DNA of 63,977 nucleotides, counting the filler, from Intoshia linei (taxonomy: Eukaryota > Animalia > Orthonectida): the NCBI GenBank assembly GCA_001642005.1. It is 6 parts of 6 records of this genome, joined end to end, with 100 filler letters (N's around TTAATTAATTAA, not from the genome) between each part and the next. Parts side by side here need not be neighbours in the genome. Positions count along the whole stretch, not along the records: positions 16,586 to 33,944 come from LWCA01000804.1; positions 34,045 to 56,808 come from LWCA01000583.1; 4 more parts are not named here. One strand, 5' to 3'. The first letter of the stretch is position 1. The number at the start of each line of letters is the position of its first letter. Made by a program: the position numbers and the translations under genes. Shown piece by piece: positions 23,101 through 36,392 of this stretch. The notes beneath the pieces are model-generated. The model was given only the letters and a program-made list of their open reading frames with translations, had not been told where the DNA came from and ran no database searches.

Positions 23101-25433
23101 ACATTTTTGTAATTAATTAAATTTTAGTCTAATTTAATTAAAACTTAGACTGACGAAGATAAAATAAAAAAAATGAAACAATTACAAGTACGGTCCGAAT
23201 GTGTTGGTAATTTTTTTTAATTTTTTCGACATTTGATTTGAATAACAATGCATTGCCATTGCACGACTTCCATTCTCTGGAGCGGCATAATCATCGATTT
23301 TACTAATTTATCTAAAGTGGACAAAAAAATACGTACTATCAATTTTAGTTTATTTGGTATAAATTTTAAGCCGAACATTTTTATTCGTCATTATAGATAA
23401 GTATTTTTGCTTCTTTTTTTATTTTTTTTGGCCACTTTAATTTATCATATCATTCATTTTTTTATGAAATTTTAGTGGGTTTCTTTATTCATATTTTATT
23501 ATCTTATATCAATAATTTTGGGACCAAAATTTTGTAGGGTTTTTAAAGTTTTGAAGTTTTTTTACACCCAATTTTTAAAGATTATAAAGATAATTTTGGG
23601 ACCAAAAAATTTTCTAAGATATTTGTTTTTACTATTTTTTAAAGATTTTCAATATAATTTTGATCATAAGAATTGGTAGGGTTTTAAAGGGAAATTTTTT
23701 TCATCCAATTTTGAGAAATTTTGAAGATCCCATAAAATATTAAAAATATCATATTCTGATTTCCCCATTTTCTAAATATGAATAATAAAATAAATGTAAA
23801 TACTAAAAAGATTATGTTGCTATGTTTTTATTTAAGGGTCATTAAAAATCAACCAAAATCTGTGCAGGATCGTGGAGAGCCAACTGTAGACAGCGTATAA
23901 GTTTTTTAAAAAAATAGGACCCATATACATTGCTTAATCAATCGTTTATTATCTATAAATTAAAAATAACTAATTGACTAATAGGACATTTTATTATATG
24001 ATACTTTTGGTATTCTTAAGAAATTTTTTAACTCTACTAAAATTAATATTAAAAACTTAAATGAATAAATTGAAAAAGAAGACCTTTATAAGTGTAGGTC
24101 AGAGCCATATGCCATCTTAGCCTCTCTCCACAGCTCTGAATATGTAGTTTAAATATCCAGCAAAAAAATACTTATATTTTAATGTCATATTTATTTAGCT
24201 AACGAAATCGAAAATGCTAGAAGACAACGCATTTATGATGATAAATTTCACAAACAGGGCGTAATTTTATAAAATTTGATAGATTAGAGTTATCATCAAA
24301 ATAAATCAAGATTTTACTGGTGCCCTAGGTTATAGGGCCTAGAATATAAGTTTTTACTATACTAACAGCAAATAATTATGTTTTTACTAATCAAAAATAT
24401 AAAGATTACGGAGATTAGATCCCTTCAAGTTCTTACCCGCCGTGAAATTATTATTTGATTAAAATTCATATATTTTAACTAGGACCATTTTCTATTTTAA
24501 ATGTATTAATCGTATATGATGAATGTAATTAAATTATTATTAAATAATTAGAATGGAGACCTTGTACATATGATGCATGATAGCAAAATTGGGAAACCAA
24601 AATATGATGATGCTACCGGATTTCTATTAGACCAACACAAGTCATCATGTGACGTAACACGACAAGTTATCAATATGAAATATATTAAATAGCTAATTAT
24701 AGGCGATTAATTACGTTCCAATAAAGAATAATAAAAGTAGAGAATATTTCAACATACTCGAAAAAGAAGCTCACAATCGAGAAAATAGAATAAAATTAGA
24801 AAAAATGCAAGATCAAGCATTAGATGAAAAAGTAATTACAATTTTAAAAATATTTTGATAATATTGCGTATCATGATATAAATTTTAGCATTTGAAATAC
24901 GTAAATGATGTGTGGGGACGACCTGGTGGCGGAGCCCAAAATTTAAGTATTAAAAAGAAAAATTTTGATAATATCATCAATTCTCCCTACAAACAAGTAA
25001 TTTTGTAAAATAATTATTGTATGATAAGTTATCATTGATATATCATGTATAATTATGATTATACATATAGTTTAATACTGATTATTGGAAAGATTGTAAA
25101 AATTTGGATGAATATAAAGAAGTAACTTTTAAAAAATTATATTCATTAATGATTAAATCATAAAATTTTATTTAAGGTAAATAAATGACACATTATTTAG
25201 AAAAAAATTGACATTGATACGGAGTTGAGAAAACAGCATTTAAAAATGATTAGATCAACCGTGGATAGTACAAGCAAAAATTTTTTTGAATATAAAAATG
25301 ACGATGAACCTATTCTACACAATACTAAACCTGTAATATCAATATTTGTTTTTATTATAATTTATTTATTTAGGATTTTTTAAAGAAAATTCCTTACGCT
25401 ATATGTAAAAATTATGTATCAATTTCCAAATAA
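17142..25433 (+). CDS. Multi-exon protein with repeated (P)WG/F-x-PG-x-GAP motifs and charged helical segments; CSPP1-like candidate ciliary/microtubule protein
   Basis: Many short GT-AG exons: YNPWGKPGGGAP (~17985), FNKPGNGAPLRSESGKLI (~19498), YDPWGKGYG (~20327), SGGSGEPIRSENGQVI (~21567), YFPWGTPGSGAPIKDENGKI (~22371), VWGRPGGGA (~24910); ends ...NYVSISK*. Confidence 0.7.
20699..21472. mobile_element. Composite of two oppositely oriented Helitron 5' ends
   Basis: Plus strand starts A|TCCTTATTC..GTCTGTGTG at 20699; minus strand starts A|TCCTTACTTAC at 21472; ~250-bp arms are inverted homologues. Confidence 0.75.
23865..24138. mobile_element. hAT-type MITE (CAGRGCCGTGGAGAG terminus family)
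   Basis: TIRs CAGGATCGTGGAGAG / CTCTCCACAGCTCTG; imperfect 8-bp TSD AATCTGTG/AATATGTA; relatives at 36566-37073, 39521 and 22826. Confidence 0.65.
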
Positions 25434-25449
25434 ATGTTTATTTGACATT

Positions 25450-27081
25450 TCAATTTTTTTCTAGTAAACAACATTTAGCTTTGTGTAAATTCCAATCAAT
25501 TTTTTGGCAAATTTTAGAACAGTATTGACCCTACAATTTATGATTTGTTACATTTAATATAAAATTCACCTTGTGACATTTTGAACATTTGTACAAATCT
25601 ATTCCATCTTCATCGCAGACATGACATGATGGTGTCCTGTTTGGATATACATTATATAAATATCGAACGAAAATGTTTTGATTGTTATCCACCTCGTTCT
25701 ATTTTAATAATTGAAAATACAGAATAACAAAAATGTAATTTTATCAAAAACCCTAATGGCCATCATCAATTTAAATTCATCAATATGCTGAAATGCAAAG
25801 GAGCGTAATAATTTTTCAATTATATAGTTTTTTATAGTACAACCGTACGCCGAATTTGTAGAGTTTTTGAATCTTGATAAAATTTATTATAAAATAGAAA
25901 AATTAATGTACAATTCAAAATACATGGCATATGCTAGTGTTCGTCCACTTGAGATCGCGCCATCCCATGGTATTTCGACAATTTCATGAAATAATACGCC
26001 ATTTAAATATTAAAAAATAATTTTTCGTATAAATTTTTTTCTTCATCACGAATGGCGCTGATAAAAAGTTTGACGACCACTACTACAGGTTGAAATGTAC
26101 ATACAATAATGTATTATATAATGACTACCTTTTATAAATCTGTTTAAAGCTGATAGTTTTTCTAATATTTGAAATTTCATAGATAATGCCACTAATATAA
26201 TGCAATTTTATTGACAATTTTTCATTTTTAGTCGAAAAATATTTAACCAATTCATATTGTAAATTTATTCTATTTTCATTTATTTCCAATATATCGGGCA
26301 TTGCTTCAATTTTTTTAATTATCTATTAAAATTATAATAAAATGCATACATTTTTATGCTAAACGAATTTAAGTAAAAAATTGGTGCAGTGGACCTAACC
26401 AAATCAAATTTATTGAAATACCAAAAATTTTTTTAGTTAATCAAAACAGCGAGACACTGGCATACTATTAAATATTTACACAATTAAACAATCAAACCCA
26501 AGTCTGGCGTGATGCTTAGAACCTTAATAATTACATTGATAAATGATATATTTGTTATCATAAAAATTTCATAGATAGAATCCAATTCTTTCACATTATT
26601 CAAAGATCCAAACCAACTCAATACTGATTTTGGAAAGTGATACAGTATATAATGAGCCATATTAAAGTAACCTAAATATTAAAATAATTAACTTGTAATA
26701 TACCTATTAATGACATTAAATCAAGTGCATTCTTTTTTAACGATGTAGTATGTTGAACATTTGCACCATTGGTCAACAAAATGTCTACAATGCCAAAATT
26801 ACGCGACAGTGCACCCAAGCACAGAGGTGAATACTGATGCTTATCTATACAAAAATTAACGTTTGCATTTTTATCAATAAAAAGGTTGACAATTTCGTTT
26901 TGACCGTGATAGCATGCAAGTTGCAATCCAGTAAAGTTATTCTGAAAACATCTTTAATATAAAAAAACAATAACAATACATTGTTGACACAATTAATGTC
27001 AAAGAATGGAGTATTCAAAAAATATTCCACTTTTTCACAATCTCCGTTAGATATCGCGTCAAAATAATCCTGATTACTCAT
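25450..27081 (-). CDS. ANKMY2: Ankyrin repeat and MYND domain protein 2
   Basis: N-terminal ankyrin repeats (LQLACYHGQNEIVNLFIDKNANVN, YSPLCLGALSRN), central NEKLSIKLHYIS, C-terminal MYND finger CHVC..KCSKCHKGQYCSKICQKIDWNLHKAKC. Confidence 0.9.
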
Positions 27082-27148
27082 CGTTTGAATAAAATTTATC
27101 AAATTGAAAATGATACAAGTTTAATTACAAACTAATCAATACATTTCT

Positions 27149-29450
27149 TTAAAAAATATTTCTATAATTCTCAATAATTGTACACAGTTTAGCACAAGCT
27201 AATGCACCAGACAGCGGATGTGATCCAAATGAAATTGATTCAGTGGCGTCATCCACAGATTGCTAAATTAATTAGAATTATTATAACGATTTCATGAAAT
27301 TTGACATATATTTACTTAATTTTTTCATTACAAAATCTTGATTATTCTCAGGTAAGATAATTATGTCGTTTTAATAATATTTTTTGTAATATTTAATAAT
27401 TTTGTACTACTTCAGTTACGTTTTATTTAAATGTATAAATATTTTATAAATAGAGCTTCATCAAAGAGTTATTTAGTAATAAGGGTTAAAAATATAATAC
27501 AATGCAAAACTTTACTTGCAAAAAGATGCCAAATTGTATTGAGACACTCAACTTAATTAATTATATTCAATTGCATTATCTCACTATCAATATGGATAAT
27601 ATCAAAATTGTCCATTGGATATGTATAAATTAAATTACCGATCCGTGAGACATTGCACCAATATAAAATACAAGTGGTCTAGAATTATTGAGAAATGGTT
27701 CAAGTTGATTTTCCTTGTATTCGACATGGCATGAAGTAACTATTTTTATAGAATCTAGAGAAAGGTATTTGGAAACAGGATTAGCAATTATAGAAAGTAG
27801 TTTTGTCGAAGAATCAGTAGCTCGAATGGACAATTTCTGCAATAATTGTACTAAAATTTTGGAATTAATTTAAAAAAAAAACCCTGCTACAGTATTAAAC
27901 ACGAATTAATTATATGTTTATATCAACAAGCTTATGCAGCCTGGATAAACATTAAACGTCTAAATCAGACATTCTCAATCTTTTATAAATCGCCTAGACT
28001 AAAAAAATTTAATTTTTACAAATTATCTTCGTCTTAAAAACATTTATTAAAGACTTCATTAATTTAAAATAATTTGTAATCTACTTTTGTGCAATATAAT
28101 TTGATATCATACAGGTACAATTTTTGGAATTTAACAAATTTTTTGCTTAAGGTTGACTTTTATTTCACTTTGCGCATCTAGCCTTATTCCTAAAATTTTT
28201 TTTTTGTTCTTTCTATTGGGTCTATCTATCATTTTCCGGTGACCTAAAGCTCGATAGGTTCGATGCTGTATATGTTTAATTCAGTGGTTCCGATTTAGGT
28301 TCAAAGCTATATACCTGGGTGTCCGCGAGATTCAAATAAAATATATACAAAAATGTATCAACTTTTGTTATTTTTATAGGAGAATTTTTAATTATTACAG
28401 AGGTTAACTCTGAGAGTTGTCAAATGTTGGGAATTTATCCCAAAACCTAGACGACCGATACATTATTATTTAAAAAATGCCAATTTTATGCCACCATTAA
28501 TAAAAATACAATTCCAAACCCTCAGAGAAAAATCGACTTTTTCCAATATTTTTTTAAAATACACGACTTTACCAACCTTTAAGGAAACTATCTTCTTTTT
28601 TCAATATTCTTTTAAAAAATCCGATTTTAACAAATCTTATGAGTAACAACTTCGCAATCCAAAATCAAACATAAAATCTTATCAAACCCAAATAAAAAAA
28701 TCCGCTTTTTTCAATGTTGTTTAGAAAAACACGATTTTATCAAATCATTGACTGCGTCACTCTTTATCTCAGTGAATCCCAAAGTTGCTATAAAAATTTC
28801 CCTTTAAAACCAAAACAACTATCACTATATCATATTTTTTTAAATCGCCTACTTTAGAAACCCCTGATGTATACAATATAATATGTAATGATATCCTTAT
28901 AAAATTTACCCATTAAACCACTGAATCTATCGAATGTTCTCGGAATACGAGTTTGTGGGTTAATTTTAATCAAAACATTATTAATCGTTTTAAGATAAAC
29001 ATTCAATTGACCCACTCTGTTCAGCGGACTGTCTTGTAACATTAGTAAACACTAAATATGCAATTTAATTAACAAAATACAATTAAAATAATACTATAAT
29101 AATAAAATATAAAAAATATTAAGTAAAAATAATAATACTGCATAATAATTATATTTACAACAAATATTATATTAATAGTGGTTATGCATATAAATGATAA
29201 ATACCTGATGACTAATATCGGGTCTATAATCGATTATATTTTTATGCTTCGATAGTAAATAATTTTTATGCTTATTTCCATCGAGCAATTCCAATTTTCC
29301 GTTTATCTAAGAAAGGTAAATATAAAATATACTATTTTAAAAAATTTAAACCAGTGAACCTGGTTGATAAAGTTAAAAAGTACTTTTGCAATTTCCAAAG
29401 AACACTTGGTTAAAATCACAGTAATGCATTTTTCATTAATTTGATTTTTT
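27149..29450 (-). CDS. EMG1: 18S rRNA pseudouridine methyltransferase Nep1 (first exon not resolved)
   Basis: [77 protein letters not shown]. Confidence 0.95.
28282..28760. mobile_element. hAT-type element with periodic internal repeats in an EMG1 intron
   Basis: Starts CAGTGGTTCC; homologous to 2975-3736. Confidence 0.5.
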
Positions 29451-31398
29451 CTAAATAATAAAATGATTTAAATTAAATGTGTAAACCGCAACCTCCACTA
29501 TTAGCCAACAATTTTTCATGTCATAGTCTTGGTAATAAAATAATATTTTTAAAAAATCAAAAAAATTTCGGTTTTGCGAAAATATCATAAAGGTTATATA
29601 GAAAAGATGTAAATACAGTATAAGGACAACACAGAACTGATGAAATGTACATAAAATATTGTTTTAAATATTAACACTATACGTGTGCTAACATTTTAAA
29701 TTTGTTACTATTTCCATATTTTCCAATTACTACATATGAAGTACATATATGACTATGTATATAACACGCAGTATTAAAAAATAGTAAAATTTATTTATAA
29801 TAATCGAAAGTAATAATTTTTTTGTCTGATTAAATCACAAAACGTTCAAACGTTACTTAGATGAGATTTTAGAAAATTGACGTCCACATATAATCTGTTC
29901 AGGTAAAATCGATATTGATGAAATGGGACACACAAAAATATTTTAAATTAAATTCAAAGTAATAAAATGAGTTCATTGAATCATAGGGAAAGGTGTTACT
30001 AGCATTTCTGGTTTTATTACCACCAAAATTAAAAAATTTCTTCAAAAATACAATTTCAAGCCCTTTATGTAAAAATTTCCTTATGATTTTAAAAAAAATC
30101 TTTTAATCCAACCCAAAAATAAATAATCCAATTTTACTAACCCCTAAGACTCAAGTTACGGTAAAATCTCTTTTCCTTTATTTTCGTGAAAAATTGACCA
30201 AACATTACGAGAAAAAATTCTTAACCCAACCACAAAATAGAAAACCAAAATTTTAGTAATCACGAAGGAAAAAGTCCCTTTTTACAAATAATTTGTTCTA
30301 AACATTTAAGATTTGTGACACTCACAAGCGTGATTGTATATAGTTTACATTTTACAAATTAGTCATTTATCATTTAAAAAAATTGCTGGTACCAGCAAAT
30401 CGACCACCCTTGATCATGGGGCTTCGTTTTCTACAACTCTGATTTGAGTCGAACCTACCATACTGAGACCCTCTTCTGACCTCGAGGACATTTTTGTAAA
30501 ATGGTGGCATCACTTTTCCTTATTGAACATTAAAAAATGATAATTTGAATATCAACTTTTTTGTATAAAATTTAAAATGTCAGATACAAATCATGGATGA
30601 CTATGGATTGACACTACAAATCGTTTCCGACAAATTTTCATAAAGACCTATTTATCATTATCATTAAGGTGGTAGGTTGTGTTTGACTGATCCCATATAC
30701 ATTTATTTGTAGAAAAGTGGATTACTTTTAATATTTTTTATTTTAAAATATAATTACGATGTATTTTCAATTGTCTGTGTAGGTTTTAATTCTTTAGCCA
30801 ATTTCTTTACCTTTTGGTTTATTTTAACGTTTTTTCTTTTAGACTTCATCAAGTCAATTAACGATAATTAATATTACTCCAAAGTGACCGATTACAATCT
30901 GAATTTATATTTATATCATGATTCATGACAAATTTTTGTCACTGCAAAATGTAATCTAATCAACTAATGACCACATCGAAGTTCGAGTGTTTATAAAAAA
31001 TATAAGTATATAATTTCACATTAATATATTTTAATGGGTTGATGACGATATCACACTTAAAACCCCATAATTCGTCATTTTTAAAAACATATGGTACAAC
31101 ATTGTATAAAGATTTCAAGTATTAAAACTACATGAAATACATCCTCAGTTATCTAATTTTATTTTTACGACTGAAATGGAATGAATTGTATAATCCAGAT
31201 GAAAATTAATTTGATTCATATGTAAAAACGCAATATGTACTAACTTATGTAGAATATGCGTACTATAAAAATTTCATACAAGATCCATAAAGGAATTGTC
31301 GTTTTCATAAGTGAAAATAGGTTACTCAATGTAGTGATATATCGCTATCATACTAATCGAGATTCGAATATATACTTTTGATATAATTCACTTCTGAT

Positions 31399-31470
31399 GT
31401 CTAACTGGCAGAGTGGTTATAGTCATATAATTGTATTCTGCGTGACTAGGTTCGAATCGAGATTTGGACA
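31399..31470 (+). pseudogene. tRNA-like pseudogene or tRNA-derived SINE head
   Basis: A-box TGGCAGAGTGG, B-box GGTTCGAATC, acceptor stem GTCTAA/TTGGAC and a T-run terminator; anticodon and T stems do not pair well. Confidence 0.6.
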
Positions 31471-31825
31471 TCTTTTTATTTAAAGATGAACTTATCAGAC
31501 TTCTTATCTGCCAATCGTTACACTCAAAGTAATAAATATACGCAATTCTTATGCTTCTTAAAATTATAATGCAATAACACTTAAATTACATTGAAGGTTC
31601 AAATTTTAAATATATAAAATTAACATGTTAATAAATGAAAATTAGTTATAGTTGTAAAAGTTAAAAATGAATGTAAATTGTTTATATAGTAACGGAATCT
31701 AAATCAATATAGTATCTTTGGAAAATTAAATAGCGCATTACAATATACAAATATTTCAATCTTACTGCTCAGTAAAACTCAATATGCCGGTATGAAATGT
31801 TTATACATGTATTATTAAAATTTAG

Positions 31826-33108
31826 GACTGTAGTATACGCGACGCAGACGATTTAAGCGACGATGAAAATGAAATGTTATGCAATGAATTTGGTTTATAT
31901 CTAAAATTGTTTTATGCATTTTGTTTTTGTATGAAAATATTTATTGACATGTATAACAAAAAAATAATAAAGATGCTTTAATTTAAACCCTTTTTCTAGG
32001 AATTTGCATTGATTTATTTGAGCATATTATTTTATTTTGGTATAATGGTTAGTTTTTAATTGACCAGTAGAAACTGTACTTCCATTTTGGTTTTCGTAAA
32101 TTTTGGTGATGGGTTTTAAAAATTTTTAATTAATGGATACAAAAAATACTTTAAATACTAACGTATATAAAGCTCTGTTTGTGTGTCTGTCTGTTATCGT
32201 TTATTTCAATAACTAAGAGTTCTAGAATATTAACAAACATCAATTCCAAGTCCTTTTTTCCGGTGGAGAAAGAAAATAAATTTTAAACTCAGACTTACAT
32301 CTTCCCGGCCAAAACCACAATTATTCCTTTTTTTTTGAAATCAAACAAATACTAGAACTTAAAAAAATATGCATTCTGATACAAATTTTAAAATCGTGAA
32401 TATTATCATAAATTTCAAAAAAGTATATCTTCATGGTTAATGCTCAAAATTATCCTTTATTTAAAATATGAAAATAGTCCTAAAATTTAAAAAAAATTAG
32501 TTCGATGTAAGATTTTTTTGGTAGAATTAAAAAAGTCCACCCTCGGCAGAGCTAGGTGTTGTTTGTACGAAGTACGAAACAATCAAGTTGGTATAATTAT
32601 ACAAGTTAACTCATCTAAAAAATATAAACCAGATACTTGAAATTCTATTTAGTATATTGTACTTATTTTAATTTTAGAAGAAGTTAATATTTACTATCGC
32701 CAAAGTATAACTGATGGAACAATTACTCCAGATGTTAGATCTAGTACTGAAGATGAAAATAGAGATGAAGTAAATACTAATAGAAATAGACGAGATGGAG
32801 TAGTTGCTTTCTGGAATCAACTTCAAAATGCCTCTTTAATTGACGCACGCAATTTGCATAATTCAATATCCGAATCTGGAAACATTTTTCAAAATGTACT
32901 ATACCGCTCAATCTATAGACACATTACCGATTTGATAAATTCTGATTCTCACCATCCAATTCCAATAGAAATTCATTACAGTGATTTGAGCGGTGTACCA
33001 CGAAATACTACCCGAAACAGATCAGGTTGGAATGGCAGATTTAGAGTTAACGGTGCCATAATTTACGATATCAACGAATTTACAAACCTACCACCATCAA
33101 CCGACTGA
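31826..33108 (+). CDS. Unidentified spliced gene, 3' exons
   Basis: Phase-compatible exons 31826-31891, ~32000-32047 and 32678-33108 (DCSIRDADDLSDDENEMLCNEF / GICIDLFEHIILFWYN / EEVNIYYRQ...LPPSTD*); no family recognised; 5' end unclear. Confidence 0.5.
32160..32592 (+). mobile_element. Short diverged Helitron copy
   Basis: GTGTGTCTGTCTGTTATCG head; 3' GAGCTAGGTGTTGTTTGTACGAAGTACGAAACAA hairpin followed by TTGG|T. Confidence 0.75.
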
Positions 33109-33109
33109 T

Positions 33110-33814
33110 TTATTTCACAATTAAACTATTGTAAATTCCGAGTATGTAGTTTGTAATAATTTCTTTGGTGCAATCTGGTAATAGTCCGCATAGAGTTGTA
33201 ATATCTAAATGATGAATTATATTATGTTAAATTCATTGTAACCTGTACCTTCTCCAGTATAACAAGTGTATGGGGGCAAAACTGTTCCAGCCGGCAAATG
33301 TACATTGTCTGCAACTGCTGAACATTCCTTCAAAATGCATTTGTTACCCTAGTTTGAATTTTTTCAATTTATTTCAGTTTTATTACTATAACCGAATTTT
33401 TTCCAATATATACAAATGAACCGATACTTGAGGCTTCGACAGTGGCATTTTCACCAATGAGGACAAAATTTTCAATTTGTACCGTGTTGTATCTGCATTT
33501 AATTTAAGTAGTTATCAAAGCATCTCATTTCACAATGAAATCTTATTTAAAATTAAAAGCTTATTTTTTTAATTGGTGTGAAACTTAGTAAATTGAAAAT
33601 ATTTCATTTTTGTAAAAAGGTTCGACCTCAATGTTACTTTTTTCCGTGGACTTTCACCTGGAAATTTCTGATGTGATCTATGATAATAGTATTACAATTT
33701 TGATTCTTGGTTTTGAGATGGAGTTATTGTGGCTCCCTTTTCTATGACACAATTTCTTCCAATACGAATATTAGACAAATCTCCTCTTATCTCACAATTT
33801 TCCATTAATATTGA
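33110..33814 (-). CDS. DCTN5: Dynactin subunit 5 (p25); 5' part lost in the gap
   Basis: Exons SILMENCEIRGDLSNIRIGRNCVI / VLIGENATVEASSIGSFVYIGKNS / GNKCILKECS..LPAGTVLPPYT / GLLPDCTKE (left-handed beta-helix); absent from the ORF track. Confidence 0.92.
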
Positions 33815-34546
33815 CTATATAGATATTAATCAGGGTTAAAATTATAAGAGTATTTGTTAGTTTACAGATATTTATGTTAAATATTTCAATATAAAATTAT
33901 AAAAACCTATTTTGTCATTTTCAATGTGATAATATATATTCAGTNNNNNNNNNNNNNNNNNNNNNNNNNNNNNNNNNNNNNNNNNNNNTTAATTAATTAA
34001 NNNNNNNNNNNNNNNNNNNNNNNNNNNNNNNNNNNNNNNNNNNNGTGCCAAATAACATAATTCCATAAAAAAATCAATAAAATTTACCCATTAACATTAT
34101 TTTATTTACTGTTTTTATCGATCCGTCTTAATGAAACACCCTTTATATTAAAAATTATTTTTCACCGTGAATTCGTAGATTTCTGGGTTGAAATTTGTGT
34201 ATTTATATCAACTGGAATAAGCTGTATCAGAATAATCTAGTTTGTTAATAGTCGGACAGTTAATTATTTCAATTTTTTTAATAGATGGTTACACACAGAC
34301 ATTAATTTTTATATAAGTAAAGGATTACTCCAAACCACAAAAGTTTAAAAATTTGAAAATTAATAATTATGTACATTGTACAATGTCCATGAAATGTTTA
34401 AGTAGAGATTAAGTATAAGGAATACTTACCTGAAAAAATTAAAACCCATTGTGAAAAACTATTTTACACTGGCGATTAAAAAAACATTTAATACAGATTT
34501 TTACATTTTTTGTATAAATTGAAATATATAAATACAGTGTAATTAG

Positions 34547-36392
34547 GTTGAAATAATCATCAATGGAGAAGAAATTGATTTAACAATGAAATTAGGAGAA
34601 CGCGGTGAAGCTTATTTTTTAAAAGCAGAAGAATACATCAAAACTCGACAACGTCCGAGCTGCTGTGCAAAATCATTCAAAGAAACCACCAATTTTAGAA
34701 AAGTACTTTCGGCAGACAACATATCTGAACCATTAAATAATCATTTTAATTCTTACAGTGATAATGATTTAATATACCGACAAGGTTGCGGTCAAAGCGA
34801 TGTTGAAAACATAATTACATTTTCGGTCGATTCTCGAGAACGTGATGACATGGAATGGACATGGGGTGAAGTGCCAGGTAGTAAAACAACTTATAAAATT
34901 AAAAAAAATTTTAAAAAAAACTTGGAAAATATTGTAAAAACAAAATTAGTTTATTACAGAAAAATTAAAAATTCTTTTAACGATTCTCCAGTACGATTGT
35001 TTCTTTACAATGAACGGTCGAATTTTGATGAATACACATTCTCCCAATATGAAATTTCTTTAATTGACTATTTAAAAAATCCATTCATGTACTTGAAAAA
35101 TCCCAATTTAACTGTTAAAATTGAAGACAAATTATATAATTGGGCTGATGCTTCATCTCACCTACTAGCTGTAATGATGCTTGGAAAAAACGAACATTTT
35201 AATAGAAAACTTGAACGATGGGATAAATATCATCGAGTATTACAAGACCATCACCATCCAAATTGTAAAAAATATAAAAGAACTAAAAATAAAAAACACG
35301 TACCCGTAGAAAATTCCGATACTAATGATTTAATATGGAATGAATGGACACATAGATATGAATTGTATTGTGCTTGTCTCAGTGACAGTGAAGAAGATGG
35401 TAAAAAAATTAATCTCAGCAATTGTTCTGAAGATAATATACTTAACGAAAACGACCAATCAAATTTAAATGAAACCTCTGAAATGAAACAAAAATCCATT
35501 CGACTTAGTTCACATGAGTTGGTATGTTTAAATTTTAAGTTTAGGGTTAATTCAATTATTTAGAAAAAGCTCAATTTAAAAAAAGGCAGAAACGAAATAA
35601 TTTATAGCGTTACCACACAATATCAAGGAACGACTGAAAAAAAAGCAAACATTTTTTTATGGGAATATACTGATAAGTTGGTTATTTCAGATATTGATGG
35701 TACGATAACTCGATCTGATATACTTGGAAATATTTTTAATATGGTTGGAAAGGATTGGACTCACAAGGGGATAGCAAATTTTTATCAAAAGATTGTAGAT
35801 AATGGATATAAACTCGTGTATCTAAGTTCTCGTTGTCTCGGTCAGTCTGATTTGACACGCGTTTTAATTCAAAATGTTAAACAAGATTCCATTAATATGC
35901 CGCCAGGTCCAATTCTAATTTCTCCTAGTTCCCTCATGAAGGCCATTAATACGTATTTTTTAATTTTATTTGTAGTCTACAATTTTAATTTATTTTAGAG
36001 AAATGATACGCAAAGTTCCAGAAAAATTTAAAAGTCAATGTTTAAGAGACGTAGCCAGTTTATTCTACAAAAAGGGTCGAAATGAATCTCCTTTATATGC
36101 TGGATTCGGGAATAAAATGAGCGATTATATTGCTTATAATGCAAGTGGAATTTGTGTTGAACGGATATTCATTGTTAATTATACGGGTACTTTGAAACGT
36201 TGTGATACTCCTCTCTTTTCATCTTCATATATTACAATGGCAAATGATTTATTGAACCATATATTTCCATCCATAAACCATACAACCGATAGCGACGATG
36301 AAAACCTTGAAGATTATAATAGTTACAATTACTGGAAAAGTAGTCACATAAACATTGATACATTCATGTTGTCAAAGTTGAATTGTTCATAA
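34547..36392 (+). CDS. LPIN: Lipin (phosphatidate phosphatase); 5' exons lost in the gap
   Basis: End of N-LIP domain VEIIINGEEIDLTMKLGERGEAYF; middle domain YNWADAS; C-LIP with HAD motif VISDIDGTITRSD, GKDWTH and YAGFGN. Confidence 0.96.
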
